Assembly: GCA_019358915.1 (NCBI GenBank)
Contig: JAHHIM010000005.1
Location: 64,001 to 128,000 of the forward strand
Direction: 5' to 3'
DNA length: 64,000 nucleotides
Source: Trichormus sp. ATA11-4-KO1
Lineage (GTDB): Bacteria; Cyanobacteriota; Cyanobacteriia; Cyanobacteriales; Nostocaceae
This document shows, one piece after another, positions 21,565-31,328 of this stretch (positions are counted from its first letter, which is position 1; each line of letters opens with the position of its first letter). A program made the position numbers and the translations under genes. The notes beneath the pieces are model-generated. The model was not told the origin of the DNA and did no database searches. It saw nothing but the letters and a program-made list of their open reading frames with translations.

Positions 21565-22170
21565 CTAGTCAGTGATGGCATTCAGCAAGATTTCTGATAG
21601 GCTGTAATCTTCCATATCGTCCATGGTAATGGTGTCACAGATATCAAATTTAGCCCCAGCACTTTGCATTTCGTCATCCAAGACTTTGAGAAAGCGGGTA
21701 GCTTGCTGATCTGTGCCAACTTGAATAAAGGAAATGCCTAATTCTTCATCTCGATCCATCCGGCGAGACGCTTCAATAATTACCTTCATTACTGCTTTGC
21801 GATCGTCTGGTTCACCATCAGTAACAACTAAAATTGTTTCACCATTCGGTTTGGTTTGACCCGCACCTTTACGTTGAAAGTAATCATCTGTTGCGTGTTT
21901 TAACACAGCAGCTAAATCTGTAGTTCCAGCAGGATCATTTTCTTTAAATATTTGTCCTACCTTACTAGCTGTGACATTTTCATAACGTTTGAATCTACCA
22001 GAAAATAAATAAACAGTGATGCCATCAGGATCATATTGTTCGCACTTACTAGCTAAGGCTAAGGTAGATTCTTGTGCTGCTACCCATCTGCTTCTACCAC
22101 CTTTTTGATCTGGGGTGGCCATGCTACCACTTTTGTCGATAATCAAGGTGTAATCTCGATTTTCTAGCAT
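21565..22170 (-). CDS. vWA domain protein (paralog 2)
   Basis: DKSGSM MIDAS motif, VTDGEP. Confidence 0.9.
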   Translation of the reverse strand: MLENRDYTLIIDKSGSMATPDQKGGRSRWVAAQESTLALASKCEQYDPDGITVYLFSGRFKRYENVTASKVGQIFKENDPAGTTDLAAVLKHATDDYFQRKGAGQTKPNGETILVVTDGEPDDRKAVMKVIIEASRRMDRDEELGISFIQVGTDQQATRFLKVLDDEMQSAGAKFDICDTITMDDMEDYSLSEILLNAITD

Positions 22171-22226
22171 TTTCCAGGCTCCAGTTATTTAGTTAATAGC
22201 CAATATTGAATAGATTCTGGACTGAT

Positions 22227-22832
22227 TCAATCAGTAATTGCATTCATCAATACATCTGCCAGACTCATATCTTCTAAGTCATCTAAGGTGACGGTATCAC
22301 AAATATCGAATTTAGCACCAACACCTTGCAACTGCTCATCTAAAGCTTTGAGAAACTTAGTAGCCTGGGGATCTGACCCGACTTGAATTAAGGAAATTCC
22401 CAATTCTTCATCCCGTTCCATCTGGCGAGTAGCTTGAATAACTACCTCAAATACTGCTCTGCGATCGTCTGGTTCACCATCAGTAATCACTAAAATTGTC
22501 TCGCCATTGGTTTTAGTTTTACCTGCGGCTTTGCGTTGAAAGTAATTATTAAGTGCATCTTGAAGTACACCTGCTAAGTTTGTTGTGCCAGCAGGGTCAT
22601 TTTCTAAAAAAATTTGCGCGACTTTGGCGGAGGTAACATCGTCATAGCGTTTAAATCTGCCAGAAAATACATAAACAGTAATACCATCTGGGTCAAACTG
22701 TTCGCATTTTCTGGCTAAAGCAAGAGTAGACTCTTGGGCTATTTCCCATCGACTTCTACCACCCACTTGGTCAGGGGTAGACATACTACCACTTTTGTCA
22801 ATGATTAATGTGTAGTCGCGATCGCTCATCAT
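22227..22832 (-). CDS. vWA domain protein (paralog 1)
   Basis: DKSGSM MIDAS motif, ITDGEP; tandem duplicate of the neighbour. Confidence 0.9.
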   Translation of the reverse strand: MMSDRDYTLIIDKSGSMSTPDQVGGRSRWEIAQESTLALARKCEQFDPDGITVYVFSGRFKRYDDVTSAKVAQIFLENDPAGTTNLAGVLQDALNNYFQRKAAGKTKTNGETILVITDGEPDDRRAVFEVVIQATRQMERDEELGISLIQVGSDPQATKFLKALDEQLQGVGAKFDICDTVTLDDLEDMSLADVLMNAITD

Positions 22833-23371
22833 AATTTTCCTAAAATTGCTACCCTGCGGTTACTAGTCTAACTGTTGAGTTGTCACACGGCATCTGTTGC
22901 AGATGCTTTGGAATTGAGATTTTCCATATGTTTACAGGTTTGGCTGACGTTCATCCAGGTAAACCTCATACTCACCCTGCTTAAGGCGAAGTGTCAGAAA
23001 ACTTAACCAATTTTGCATTGACCCTAACACCAGAGAAAGCTGCTGGCAAATTTTGGATTGTCAATTTTTAGATTGATTCCTACATCTAGAGTCGGCACAT
23101 CTACCAGAAACCCCAATCCAAAATTCGTCTGGGAAAATTTGCCAGGTCGGGCTAACCATGCTGATAACTTGCCGTAAAATCTCAAATTTCCCAGTAAAAC
23201 CTCTTTTTTCCGACTTCCTTTACCCCTCCATCCCTTTGCTCCTCTACTCCTCTGTATGTCTTAATCTCCGAACTTTGAATCAACTTAGTATGACTTCTCT
23301 CCCCAGTGAAACTACACAGTTCAGCCACAATCAGAATTAAAGTTGCAGTTTATTTGATCAACTTTCTTAAA

Positions 23372-23593
23372 TCATGCTGATTTATTACTCTTTTTACTTG
23401 TGGGTGAGGATGAGCTTTTCTGGGAATTTGGCAGTTCTATCTCATTTTTCGCTAACCAATCTTCAATCAATTCTGCTGAAACGTCAGACATATTCAGTCC
23501 TTTAAAAAAACAAACTGTTTTAAACCTGTCTTTTGTTTCAGGGGGCAGGTAAACCCGAATCGAAGCTTCTCCTTGTGCCACACTATACTCCAA
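23372..23593 (-). CDS. Small ribbon-helix-helix (ParG/CopG-like) DNA-binding protein
   Basis: SIRVYLP beta strand followed by ETKDRFKTVC..GLNMSDVSAELIEDWL helices. Confidence 0.75.
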   Translation of the reverse strand: MEYSVAQGEASIRVYLPPETKDRFKTVCFFKGLNMSDVSAELIEDWLAKNEIELPNSQKSSSSPTSKKSNKSA

Positions 23594-23654
23594 CGAATAA
23601 ACTTATTCACTAGTTTATTGGTGTAATGGTTCATCGAGAAAAATTATACATTGG

Positions 23655-23684
23655 TTGACTAATGCACTAGTGCATTGGTATAGT
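23655..23684 (+). promoter_or_regulatory. Sigma70-type promoter with a 16-bp perfect palindrome in the spacer
   Basis: TTGACT (23655-23660), AATGCACTAGTGCATT (23661-23676), TGnTATAGT extended -10 (ends 23684). Confidence 0.7.
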
Positions 23685-24070
23685 ATCACCTATGCCCAAA
23701 GAAAGAGTCACAACTCTACCTCAAGAATGACACGCAACAAAGGCAATAGACGCCAGAAAGTGTCAGGACGGGCAGACATATAGAATAAGAGTAAAAGCGG
23801 TCAATTTTGCCTAAAATTGGCTTAATTAAGCATGAAATAAGACAAAAATAGATGATGATTTGCCAAAAGATTAGATGGAAAAAAATAAATAAAAGTTTCT
23901 AGTGAGTTACTCTAGCCTTTCAACTCTTTGAGAGTTAGAGCCACTTAACTACAAGCCAAACAAGAAACCACATTTTGCACCAGCTTCAGAAACTCAGTTT
24001 TTCCGACCTAATCGTTCAGTATAAAAAAACCCTTTAAATTCAGTCATTTAGGATATTTAGGTACTTAGGG

Positions 24071-25138
24071 ATGCTCAAAAACTTCTGGTATGCTTGTGAA
24101 TTTAGCTCAGCTGTTACCAACCAGCCCAAGCGAATTGTGATGTTAAATCAGAAATTTGTCCTCTATCGTAATTCTCAAGGGCAAGTAGTAGCACTGAAAG
24201 ACCAATGTTCCCATCGTGGTGCAGCATTATCTATGGGTTGGATAGAAGACAATTGTATCCGTTGCCCCTATCATGGATGGAAATTTCAAGCTGATGGGAA
24301 ATGCCTGGAAATCCCTTCCAATGAAATTGACATGCCCATCCCTAAAAGAGCTAATATCAACAGTTACCCAGTACAGGAAAAATATGGTTTTATCTGGCTA
24401 TTTTATGGAGAATTACCGACACAAAAGTGTCCACCAATTCCTCCCTTGCCAGAATATGAAGACCCCAACATGCATCCTATTTATGTAGAATACGAGATGA
24501 AATCTCACTACACTCGTGTCATCGAAAATGCTCTTGATCCGGCTCATCTTTATGCAGTCCATGCTAATTCCTTCGGAGCAGGATTTGCACAAGATCCAAG
24601 AGTTGAAGACTATGTAGTTGAAAATGAAGATTGGGGTATAAGTACTAAAATCATCTACAAGAATTACACTAAACCTAAAAATGGCATATTTAAATCATTT
24701 TTTCGCCCAAAAAAGACACAGTTAAATGCCAAAATTTGCTTTTACCCTCCTAACATAACTAAATTTGAAAGTGACTTTGGTCGTGGCAAAATTATTAATT
24801 ATGCCATCCACATTCCTGTTGATGATCATACGACCATTAGTAAGCGCATCCAATTACGTAATTTCTTCACCTATTCTTGGGCAGATAACTTATTTGTGAA
24901 GTTTCACCATAAAGTAGGTTTAGAAGATAAAGTAGTAACTGAGTCTCAATATCCCAAGTTGATACCTGACACTTTATCAACGGAAGTTCATGTTCCTGCT
25001 GATGCTTTAACTCTGGCTTATCGACAGCTGCGTCAAAAATATTTAGCTATGGGCTGGGGTTTGCAATCTCATAAAAATAAATCAGACAATTGTCACCAAA
25101 ATCAAGCACGACCTATTTACACCTCATTGATGAACTAA
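24071..25138 (+). CDS. Rieske non-heme iron oxygenase alpha subunit (paralog A)
   Basis: CSHRG..CPYHGW Rieske ligands; ENALDPAHLYAVH mononuclear Fe motif; C-terminal ED. Confidence 0.93.
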   Translation: MLKNFWYACEFSSAVTNQPKRIVMLNQKFVLYRNSQGQVVALKDQCSHRGAALSMGWIEDNCIRCPYHGWKFQADGKCLEIPSNEIDMPIPKRANINSYPVQEKYGFIWLFYGELPTQKCPPIPPLPEYEDPNMHPIYVEYEMKSHYTRVIENALDPAHLYAVHANSFGAGFAQDPRVEDYVVENEDWGISTKIIYKNYTKPKNGIFKSFFRPKKTQLNAKICFYPPNITKFESDFGRGKIINYAIHIPVDDHTTISKRIQLRNFFTYSWADNLFVKFHHKVGLEDKVVTESQYPKLIPDTLSTEVHVPADALTLAYRQLRQKYLAMGWGLQSHKNKSDNCHQNQARPIYTSLMN

Positions 25139-25273
25139 ATTTATAGCTTCTACAGGGTCGTTTTGACGGAAATAATTCCTGCTTCACCATCTATTGTGTT
25201 GATGGAAAGCTTTTGAGTGCAAGTTGGTATGAAATCGCCAAGACAACATATCTAAAAAGAATCGGAGACAAAT

Positions 25274-26341
25274 ATGTTGAAAAACTTTTGGTATGCTTGT
25301 GAATTTAGCTCGGCTATTACCAATAAGCCTAAGCAAGTTGTCATGTTTAATCAGAGATTTGTCCTGTATCGCGACTCTCATGGAAAAATCATCGCGTTGC
25401 AGGATCAGTGTCCCCATCGTGGTGCTGCTTTTTCTCTTGGTTGGATTGAAAAAGATTGTATTCGTTGTCCCTATCATGGATGGAAATTTCAAGCTGACGG
25501 GAAATGTGTAGAAATTCCTTCTAATGCACATGGAACTCCTATCCCCAAAAAATCTCGTGTAGATAGCTACCCAGTCAAAGAAAAGTATGGTTTCGTCTGG
25601 CTATTTTATGGGGACTTACCAGAAGCAGAACGTCCTCCCTTGCCAACTTTTCCCGAATACATGGTCGAGACCATGCGTCCTGTTTACGATGATGGGATAG
25701 ACCATGCTAACTATGCTCGTCTCATGGAAGCTAATCTTGATTTTACTCATGTCATAGCAGTCCATAGAAAATCTTTTGGTCAAAGAATCCCTATCAATAA
25801 AACTATCAATTATCAAGTTGATAAATACGATTGGGGTGCAGTTGCCAAAGTTAATTATGAGTCCTTAGGTAATTCCAAAAGTTTCTTAAACTTTTTACTT
25901 GGTGGACGCCCCGAATTAAAGACAAAATTGACCTTGTATCTGCCCAATGTTACCCTCGCAGAAATTAATGTAGGTAGAGGTGGCAGATTTGATATTAAGT
26001 TTGGAATTTTAGTTGCCCACTTGCCCATTGATGAAAATACCACTCGTGTAAAACGCGTTTTGTATCGCAATATTTTACCCGTACCTTGGTTAGATGGTTT
26101 TTTTAGGAAAATTGACCACAAACTTGCTCAAGAAGACACCGTAGTAGTAGCAACTTTAGATTCTCAACCAATGCCAAAAATATCAGATGAACTTCATGTT
26201 GCTGCTGATGCTTTGGATATTACTTTTCGTAAGTTTCTGCAAAAATCTCAGGCTTCATTTTCTGAGTCGAACCTGGATAACCAAAACCACCTTGTTCATG
26301 AATCTTCAAAACTAGTTCATGTGATAGGTGACAGGGGATAG
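25274..26341 (+). CDS. Rieske non-heme iron oxygenase alpha subunit (paralog B)
   Basis: CPHRG..CPYHGW; EANLDFTHVIAVH; QED. Confidence 0.93.
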   Translation: MLKNFWYACEFSSAITNKPKQVVMFNQRFVLYRDSHGKIIALQDQCPHRGAAFSLGWIEKDCIRCPYHGWKFQADGKCVEIPSNAHGTPIPKKSRVDSYPVKEKYGFVWLFYGDLPEAERPPLPTFPEYMVETMRPVYDDGIDHANYARLMEANLDFTHVIAVHRKSFGQRIPINKTINYQVDKYDWGAVAKVNYESLGNSKSFLNFLLGGRPELKTKLTLYLPNVTLAEINVGRGGRFDIKFGILVAHLPIDENTTRVKRVLYRNILPVPWLDGFFRKIDHKLAQEDTVVVATLDSQPMPKISDELHVAADALDITFRKFLQKSQASFSESNLDNQNHLVHESSKLVHVIGDRG

Positions 26342-26427
26342 GGAAAGAGATTTTCCTCTGATTGCGGAATTATTGGTAAAGCAACAGACATACATAGACG
26401 TACTTCATCAATAGTGGGGAGATAAAT

Positions 26428-27432
26428 ATGACTGATGTCCTAGAAAGAACAGTGACACAACAACCAACAATGCGTGGGGTAATAGACAAGATTTTCAGAC
26501 AGATGTTTGAAAATACTTGCCAAGCACTGGTAGCTATGGATGGTAAAGAGCTTCGTGAACAGTCCTGGAATCGAGATCAAAAGGGCATCTGGACAGTTGG
26601 TAAAAGTAGTGAAGATGCTATCTATATTGATCGTGCGTTGCACAATGGCAATGTCTTTGAAAAGATGGGAGCCAACTATGTAGCGATAGAGGGTGAGTTA
26701 CCTCCGGGAATGTCTTTTCAGCAATCAGGTGCGCTGGCTACAGGTGCAGCAGATCAAATGATTACGACTAGAGGTAATCGCTTCTTCGCCACAGGTTCTA
26801 GCTTTGTGATTCATCCCCACAACCCGATGGCACCGACGGCGCATGTCAACTACCGTTATTTTCAAATTAGTAACGGCAATCAACCTGTTTATTGGTGGCT
26901 TGGCGGCGGCGCAGACCTGACACCGGCATACCTATTTGAGGAAGATGCAGTGCATTTTCATCAGGTGCATAAAGAGGTTTGTGACAAGTACGATCCTGCT
27001 TATTACCCACGTTTTAAAAAGTGGTGTGACGAGTACTTCCACATCCCACATCGAGCTGAAAGCCGGGGTATAGGGGGAATTTTCTTCGACCATCTCAATA
27101 ACGGCAATCCTCAAAAACTGCTGTCATTTGTGACAAATTGTGCTGATGCTTTTATTCCTGCCTATCTGCCGATTGTCGAAAGACGTAAAGATATGTCCTT
27201 TACAGAAGCAAATAAGAATTGGCAACATCTGGTGCGGGGGCGCTATGTGGAATTTATCTTGTCCTGCGATCGCGGCATCCGTTTTGGTTTAGCCAGTGGT
27301 ATGGTGAAGCAGCAAAGTGTGTTTAATTGTATGCCTCCTGCTGCTAGCTGGGAATATGACGATCAACCTGTCCCTGGTAGCAAAGAAGCGATGCTCAAAG
27401 AAGTTTTGCAAAATCCTCGAGATTGGCTATAA
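26428..27432 (+). CDS. hemF: Divergent oxygen-dependent coproporphyrinogen III oxidase paralog (HemF2-like)
   Basis: IHPHNPMAPTAHVNYRYF, GGGADLTP, FKKWCDEYF, RGIGGIFFD, RGRYVEF..DRG..FGL; several non-canonical substitutions. Confidence 0.88.
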   Translation: MTDVLERTVTQQPTMRGVIDKIFRQMFENTCQALVAMDGKELREQSWNRDQKGIWTVGKSSEDAIYIDRALHNGNVFEKMGANYVAIEGELPPGMSFQQSGALATGAADQMITTRGNRFFATGSSFVIHPHNPMAPTAHVNYRYFQISNGNQPVYWWLGGGADLTPAYLFEEDAVHFHQVHKEVCDKYDPAYYPRFKKWCDEYFHIPHRAESRGIGGIFFDHLNNGNPQKLLSFVTNCADAFIPAYLPIVERRKDMSFTEANKNWQHLVRGRYVEFILSCDRGIRFGLASGMVKQQSVFNCMPPAASWEYDDQPVPGSKEAMLKEVLQNPRDWL

Positions 27433-27498
27433 ATTTGCCGAGCCTGATCATTTGAATTAAGACAATTGAACATAGCAAATAAGATAGTCATACTTGAG

Positions 27499-27717
27499 AT
27501 GAGAAAAACAAAATCGCTGAACACAAGGCAATCTAAAGCCAAAAGTACGTTTCAACAGCCACTACCAATAATGGCAAATAGTTTTACTTCTTACAAAACA
27601 AGAAGGTACAGACACACTACAAGTGAACTGGAAATAGATATTGCCTTATCTTGTCTTAATGCTTGTAAGTATGTGCTGATTTGGATAATTGGCCTTTGCT
27701 TGTATTCGAGCATGTAA
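27499..27717 (+). CDS. Possible small membrane protein
   Basis: Short ORF within the cluster with a hydrophobic C-terminus; no recognisable motif. Confidence 0.3.
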   Translation: MRKTKSLNTRQSKAKSTFQQPLPIMANSFTSYKTRRYRHTTSELEIDIALSCLNACKYVLIWIIGLCLYSSM

Positions 27718-27802
27718 ATACTACTCCTCTTTTGTTTCAAGAATACTTATTTCAAGTAACCACAAATACACAAAGGAAAATTAGGTGTAGGAAAAGATAA
27801 CA

Positions 27803-28429
27803 ATGAGCATGGAAACTGAACTGGTTACAGGCAATCTTCGCATGGAAGATATCATCAATCTAGATGAATCAAAAGCCATGAATTTGTTTAGGAAGAGATT
27901 TCAAAGATACAAAAAGCTGGCAGAGGAAATAGGAGATGCAGCCGCTTTTGAAAAGATGATGGAAAAATATCCTGAACAACAAAAGGCGTTGATGGGTACT
28001 TTCATTGATCACAATACTCTAGCGCAAGGTTTCCAGGAAGCTGCTCCTTTGTTAGGATTGATGGGTTTTGTCATGGATATAGTAGATGTCTCGCAAAACG
28101 GGACAGATGCAGCATTAGAAATTCAAAGGGTTTGCCCAGTTTTATCTATCGCTAAAGAATACGGTTTTGATCAGCCGTGTCGTGTTTTTTGTGAGATGGA
28201 ACAAGAAGCGACTAGAAGAGCTTTTCCTGGGATAAAAGCTGCGATTTTGAGTAAACAAGCAGAAGGAGACTGTGTTTGTGTATTTAAGTATGAAAGATTG
28301 ACTAATCAGTCGTTAATCTCAAATACACAAACATCAAGTTTAATACATGGTTTTTTGACTTTAATTGGACTAATTCCCAACTTGCTTAAGATTGGTGTCA
28401 AGATGGTCAAATTGCGGTTATTTAATTAA
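27803..28429 (+). CDS. L-2-amino-thiazoline-4-carboxylate (ATC) hydrolase-family protein, TolI-like
   Basis: CP..C..FCEME..GDCVCVF Cys pattern typical of the ATC-hydrolase/V4R-like fold; amphipathic C-terminal tail. Confidence 0.65.
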   Translation: MSMETELVTGNLRMEDIINLDESKAMNLFRKRFQRYKKLAEEIGDAAAFEKMMEKYPEQQKALMGTFIDHNTLAQGFQEAAPLLGLMGFVMDIVDVSQNGTDAALEIQRVCPVLSIAKEYGFDQPCRVFCEMEQEATRRAFPGIKAAILSKQAEGDCVCVFKYERLTNQSLISNTQTSSLIHGFLTLIGLIPNLLKIGVKMVKLRLFN

Positions 28430-28589
28430 TTGCAATTAGCAATTTTGGCAAGTATTTAGTTTGTAGCCGTTGCCAAAATAATTCACTAATAAACATAAGC
28501 AACGGCTTGATAAATCATTTTCAAAAACATTTATTTCTCATCTCTCCGTGTACTCTGTGTCTCTGTGGTTTTATTAAAACTTTAAACTT

Positions 28590-30005
28590 ATGAACAGCAT
28601 TATTTCAGATTTAAAACAAATTATTGCAGGTGAAGTTAGTAACTTAGAAGCAGAATTAGCAGCAGTTTCTCAAGATTTTGGTGGCATTATTCAAAAACGA
28701 CCTCAAATTGTAGTTCGTCCGCAAAATTCTACTGATGTTGCTCAAGTAATTCAGTATGCTGCTAAACAAGGATTAACTGTTTCGTCACGAGCTGCGGGAC
28801 ATTCACTAGGTGGTCAATCTTTGAATCAAGATGGAATTCTTTTAGATATGCGGAATCTCAATCAAATTCACGAATTCCGTCCCGATGAACTTTGGTTTAA
28901 AGCTGATCCTGGTGTGACGTGGAAGCAGGTAGTTGATATTTCTATACCTCATGGTGTAATTCCGCCTGTACTCACAAATAACTTTGAGGTTACTTTGGGA
29001 GGAACTCTATCTGCGGCTGGTTTAGGCTTGAGTTCTTTTCGTTATGGTTCTCAAGCTGATAATTGTTTGGGTTTGGAAGTTGTTACTGGTACAGGAGATA
29101 TTGTCTGGTGTACACCAGAAGCAAATAGTGAACTTTTTTATCATGTGCTTTGTGGTTATGGGCAGTTTGGCATTATCACGAAAGTTCAAAATCGCCTGAG
29201 AAAATATCGTTCTTACACTCGCAGTTATTTTCTTTGCTATGACGATTTAGATACTCTTTTAAATGATGAGCGTCGCCTTGTTTCTGAAGGTTGTATTGAT
29301 GGTTTAGTATCTTTGTTCTCTCCTTGCCTACTAGGAATGTCTAGGCTAGAAACGAAGATTAAACCCCTAATTCAGTGGTTTTACAGAATGCAAATTACTT
29401 TAGAAGTGGATTCTGTTAATGATATAAATGAAGAAAAATTGCTTTCTGGTTTAAATTTTTATCGTCACATCCACACCGAAGACCTAACTTTTGATAAATT
29501 CATTCAACCAATGGGGCAAGTATCTCATCCTGTAGGTACTGCTAACACCTGGATAGATATTCTTTTACCAGGAGCAAAGGCAAAAGAATTTATCGATATT
29601 GCGCTTCAGTACATACCTTCCTTTATTGACTTCCGAACTATACCTGTAGGTTCCTTTTGTCTTAATTCTCGCAATCATCAAACGCCCATGTTTCCTTTAC
29701 CAGAAGATGATTTAATTATCGGGTTAGGTATGTATCCAACTATCCCTAAATCTCAGCTTAAACCTGTGCTAGAGCAATTAAATCTACTCACTGATCTGGG
29801 CTTCCAAATGGGTGGCAAAAGATATATGGCTACCTGGGTAGAATTTGACCTACCAAGATGGCGACTGCAATTCGGTGATTACTGGCCTAAAGTCAATGAA
29901 ATGAAAAGGAAATATGACCCTCATGGGATACTCAATCCTGGTTTCTTCAAGTATGAACAGGTTGAACAGGCGAATCTCAAAAGTATTTATGTCCCGTCCC
30001 ATTAA
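28590..30005 (+). CDS. FAD-linked oxidoreductase (VAO/PCMH family, cytokinin-dehydrogenase-like)
   Basis: RAAGHSLGGQS (covalent FAD His), TLGGTLS.AG.G, GQFGIIT, C-terminal KYDPHGILNPG. Confidence 0.9.
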   Translation: MNSIISDLKQIIAGEVSNLEAELAAVSQDFGGIIQKRPQIVVRPQNSTDVAQVIQYAAKQGLTVSSRAAGHSLGGQSLNQDGILLDMRNLNQIHEFRPDELWFKADPGVTWKQVVDISIPHGVIPPVLTNNFEVTLGGTLSAAGLGLSSFRYGSQADNCLGLEVVTGTGDIVWCTPEANSELFYHVLCGYGQFGIITKVQNRLRKYRSYTRSYFLCYDDLDTLLNDERRLVSEGCIDGLVSLFSPCLLGMSRLETKIKPLIQWFYRMQITLEVDSVNDINEEKLLSGLNFYRHIHTEDLTFDKFIQPMGQVSHPVGTANTWIDILLPGAKAKEFIDIALQYIPSFIDFRTIPVGSFCLNSRNHQTPMFPLPEDDLIIGLGMYPTIPKSQLKPVLEQLNLLTDLGFQMGGKRYMATWVEFDLPRWRLQFGDYWPKVNEMKRKYDPHGILNPGFFKYEQVEQANLKSIYVPSH

Positions 30006-30020
30006 TCAGGCGTAAAAACG

Positions 30021-31241
30021 ATGTTGCGAAATTCTGAGGAAATGAAGAAATCATCTCTATTTCCTACTAATTTGCGTTGGTTAGCTGCTGTGGGTATTAC
30101 CTGTATGATGGCGATGGGAGCGGGAGTAGTATATGTCACTCGTCCACCAGCTACTACGAAAAATCCAGTCGTCACTGCACAAGTGAGCCAACCAGTTATT
30201 CCCAAGGTGAATGCATTAGGAAGATTAGAGCCAGCAGGTGAAGTAATTAAGATTTCGGCTCCAACTAATCCCAGTGCTGGTAGTGGTAGCCGTGTTACTC
30301 AATTGTTAGTTGAGGAAGGTACGCAGGTACGAGCAGGACAGACGATCGCCATTTTGGATAATCGCGATCGCCTACAAGCTAATTTAAAAGAAGCACAGCA
30401 GCAAGTCCGAGTGGCTCAATCCCGACTGACTCAAGTCAAAGCCGGGGCCAAACAAGGTGAAATAACCGCTAGACAAGCAACTGTGAGCAATCTGCAAGCA
30501 CAGTTAGATGGTGAAATCCAAACCCAACAAGCTACTATTGCTCGCTTAGAAGCAGGGTTACAGAACGCAGAGATAGAATTTCGCCGCTATGAAAGTCTTT
30601 ATCAAGAAGGCGCGATCGCGGCTGCGGATCTCGATGGTCGGAGATTAACTTTAAGAACCGCTCAAGCAGAATTGAATGGTGCTAAAGCCAGCTTACAAAG
30701 AACACAACGCACCATCACAGCCCAAATTCAAGAAGCCAAAGCCACCTTGGAGCAAACAGCAGAAGTGCGTCCTACAGATATAGCCACAGCACAGGCAGAA
30801 GTAGATAGTGCGATCGCCTCAGTTGAGAAAATGCGAGTTGAACTCGACTCAGCATATATTCGCGCCCCAAAAGCAGGTCAAATTCTGCGAATTCAAGCTC
30901 GTCCCGGCGAAACTATCGATGAAGCAGGAATTGTCGAACTTGGTCAAACAGAGCAAATGTATGCTGTAGCTGAAATCTACGAAAGTGATATCGCTAAAAT
31001 TCGCCCTGGTCAAACTGCCAGTATTACTAGTCCTAGCAATGCCTTTGAGGGTAAGTTAAGCGGCACAGTTGATCGTATTGGTTTAAAAGTGGCGAAAAAA
31101 GATGTCTTAGACAGCGACCCCACGGCGGCCACAGATGCCAGGGTAATTGAAGCCAAAATTCGTTTAGATCAAACAGCAAGCCAGCAAGTGGCTAACTTTA
31201 CTAACCTTCAAGTCAATGTCGAAATAGTCATTGGTCAATAG
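30021..31241 (+). CDS. DevB-family ABC exporter membrane fusion protein
   Basis: VNALGRLEPAGEVI, coiled coil, IRAP..GQIL, AVAEIYESDI, DARVIE, NLQVNVEI. Confidence 0.92.
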   Translation: MLRNSEEMKKSSLFPTNLRWLAAVGITCMMAMGAGVVYVTRPPATTKNPVVTAQVSQPVIPKVNALGRLEPAGEVIKISAPTNPSAGSGSRVTQLLVEEGTQVRAGQTIAILDNRDRLQANLKEAQQQVRVAQSRLTQVKAGAKQGEITARQATVSNLQAQLDGEIQTQQATIARLEAGLQNAEIEFRRYESLYQEGAIAAADLDGRRLTLRTAQAELNGAKASLQRTQRTITAQIQEAKATLEQTAEVRPTDIATAQAEVDSAIASVEKMRVELDSAYIRAPKAGQILRIQARPGETIDEAGIVELGQTEQMYAVAEIYESDIAKIRPGQTASITSPSNAFEGKLSGTVDRIGLKVAKKDVLDSDPTAATDARVIEAKIRLDQTASQQVANFTNLQVNVEIVIGQ

Positions 31242-31322
31242 TCATTGGTCATTGGGTATTGGTTATTTCCCCCACTCCCCTGCTCCCCTGCTCCCCCACT
31301 CCCCCACTCCCCCATCCCCCAT
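31228..31322. repeat. STRR arrays (GTCATTG and CCCCACT/CCCCTGCT) in the devB-devC spacer
   Basis: Direct reading; explains the spurious Pro-rich N-terminal extension of the 31245 ORF. Confidence 0.85.
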
Positions 31323-31328
31323 CCTCTC

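Noticed and set aside
23372..23593. Plasmid partition system (ParG)
   Set aside because: No ParA/ParF ATPase or replicon genes are nearby; better explained as a local regulator
28590..30005. True cytokinin dehydrogenase
   Set aside because: The fold is similar, but the tetrapyrrole-type gene context and lack of specific evidence favour a general FAD oxidase
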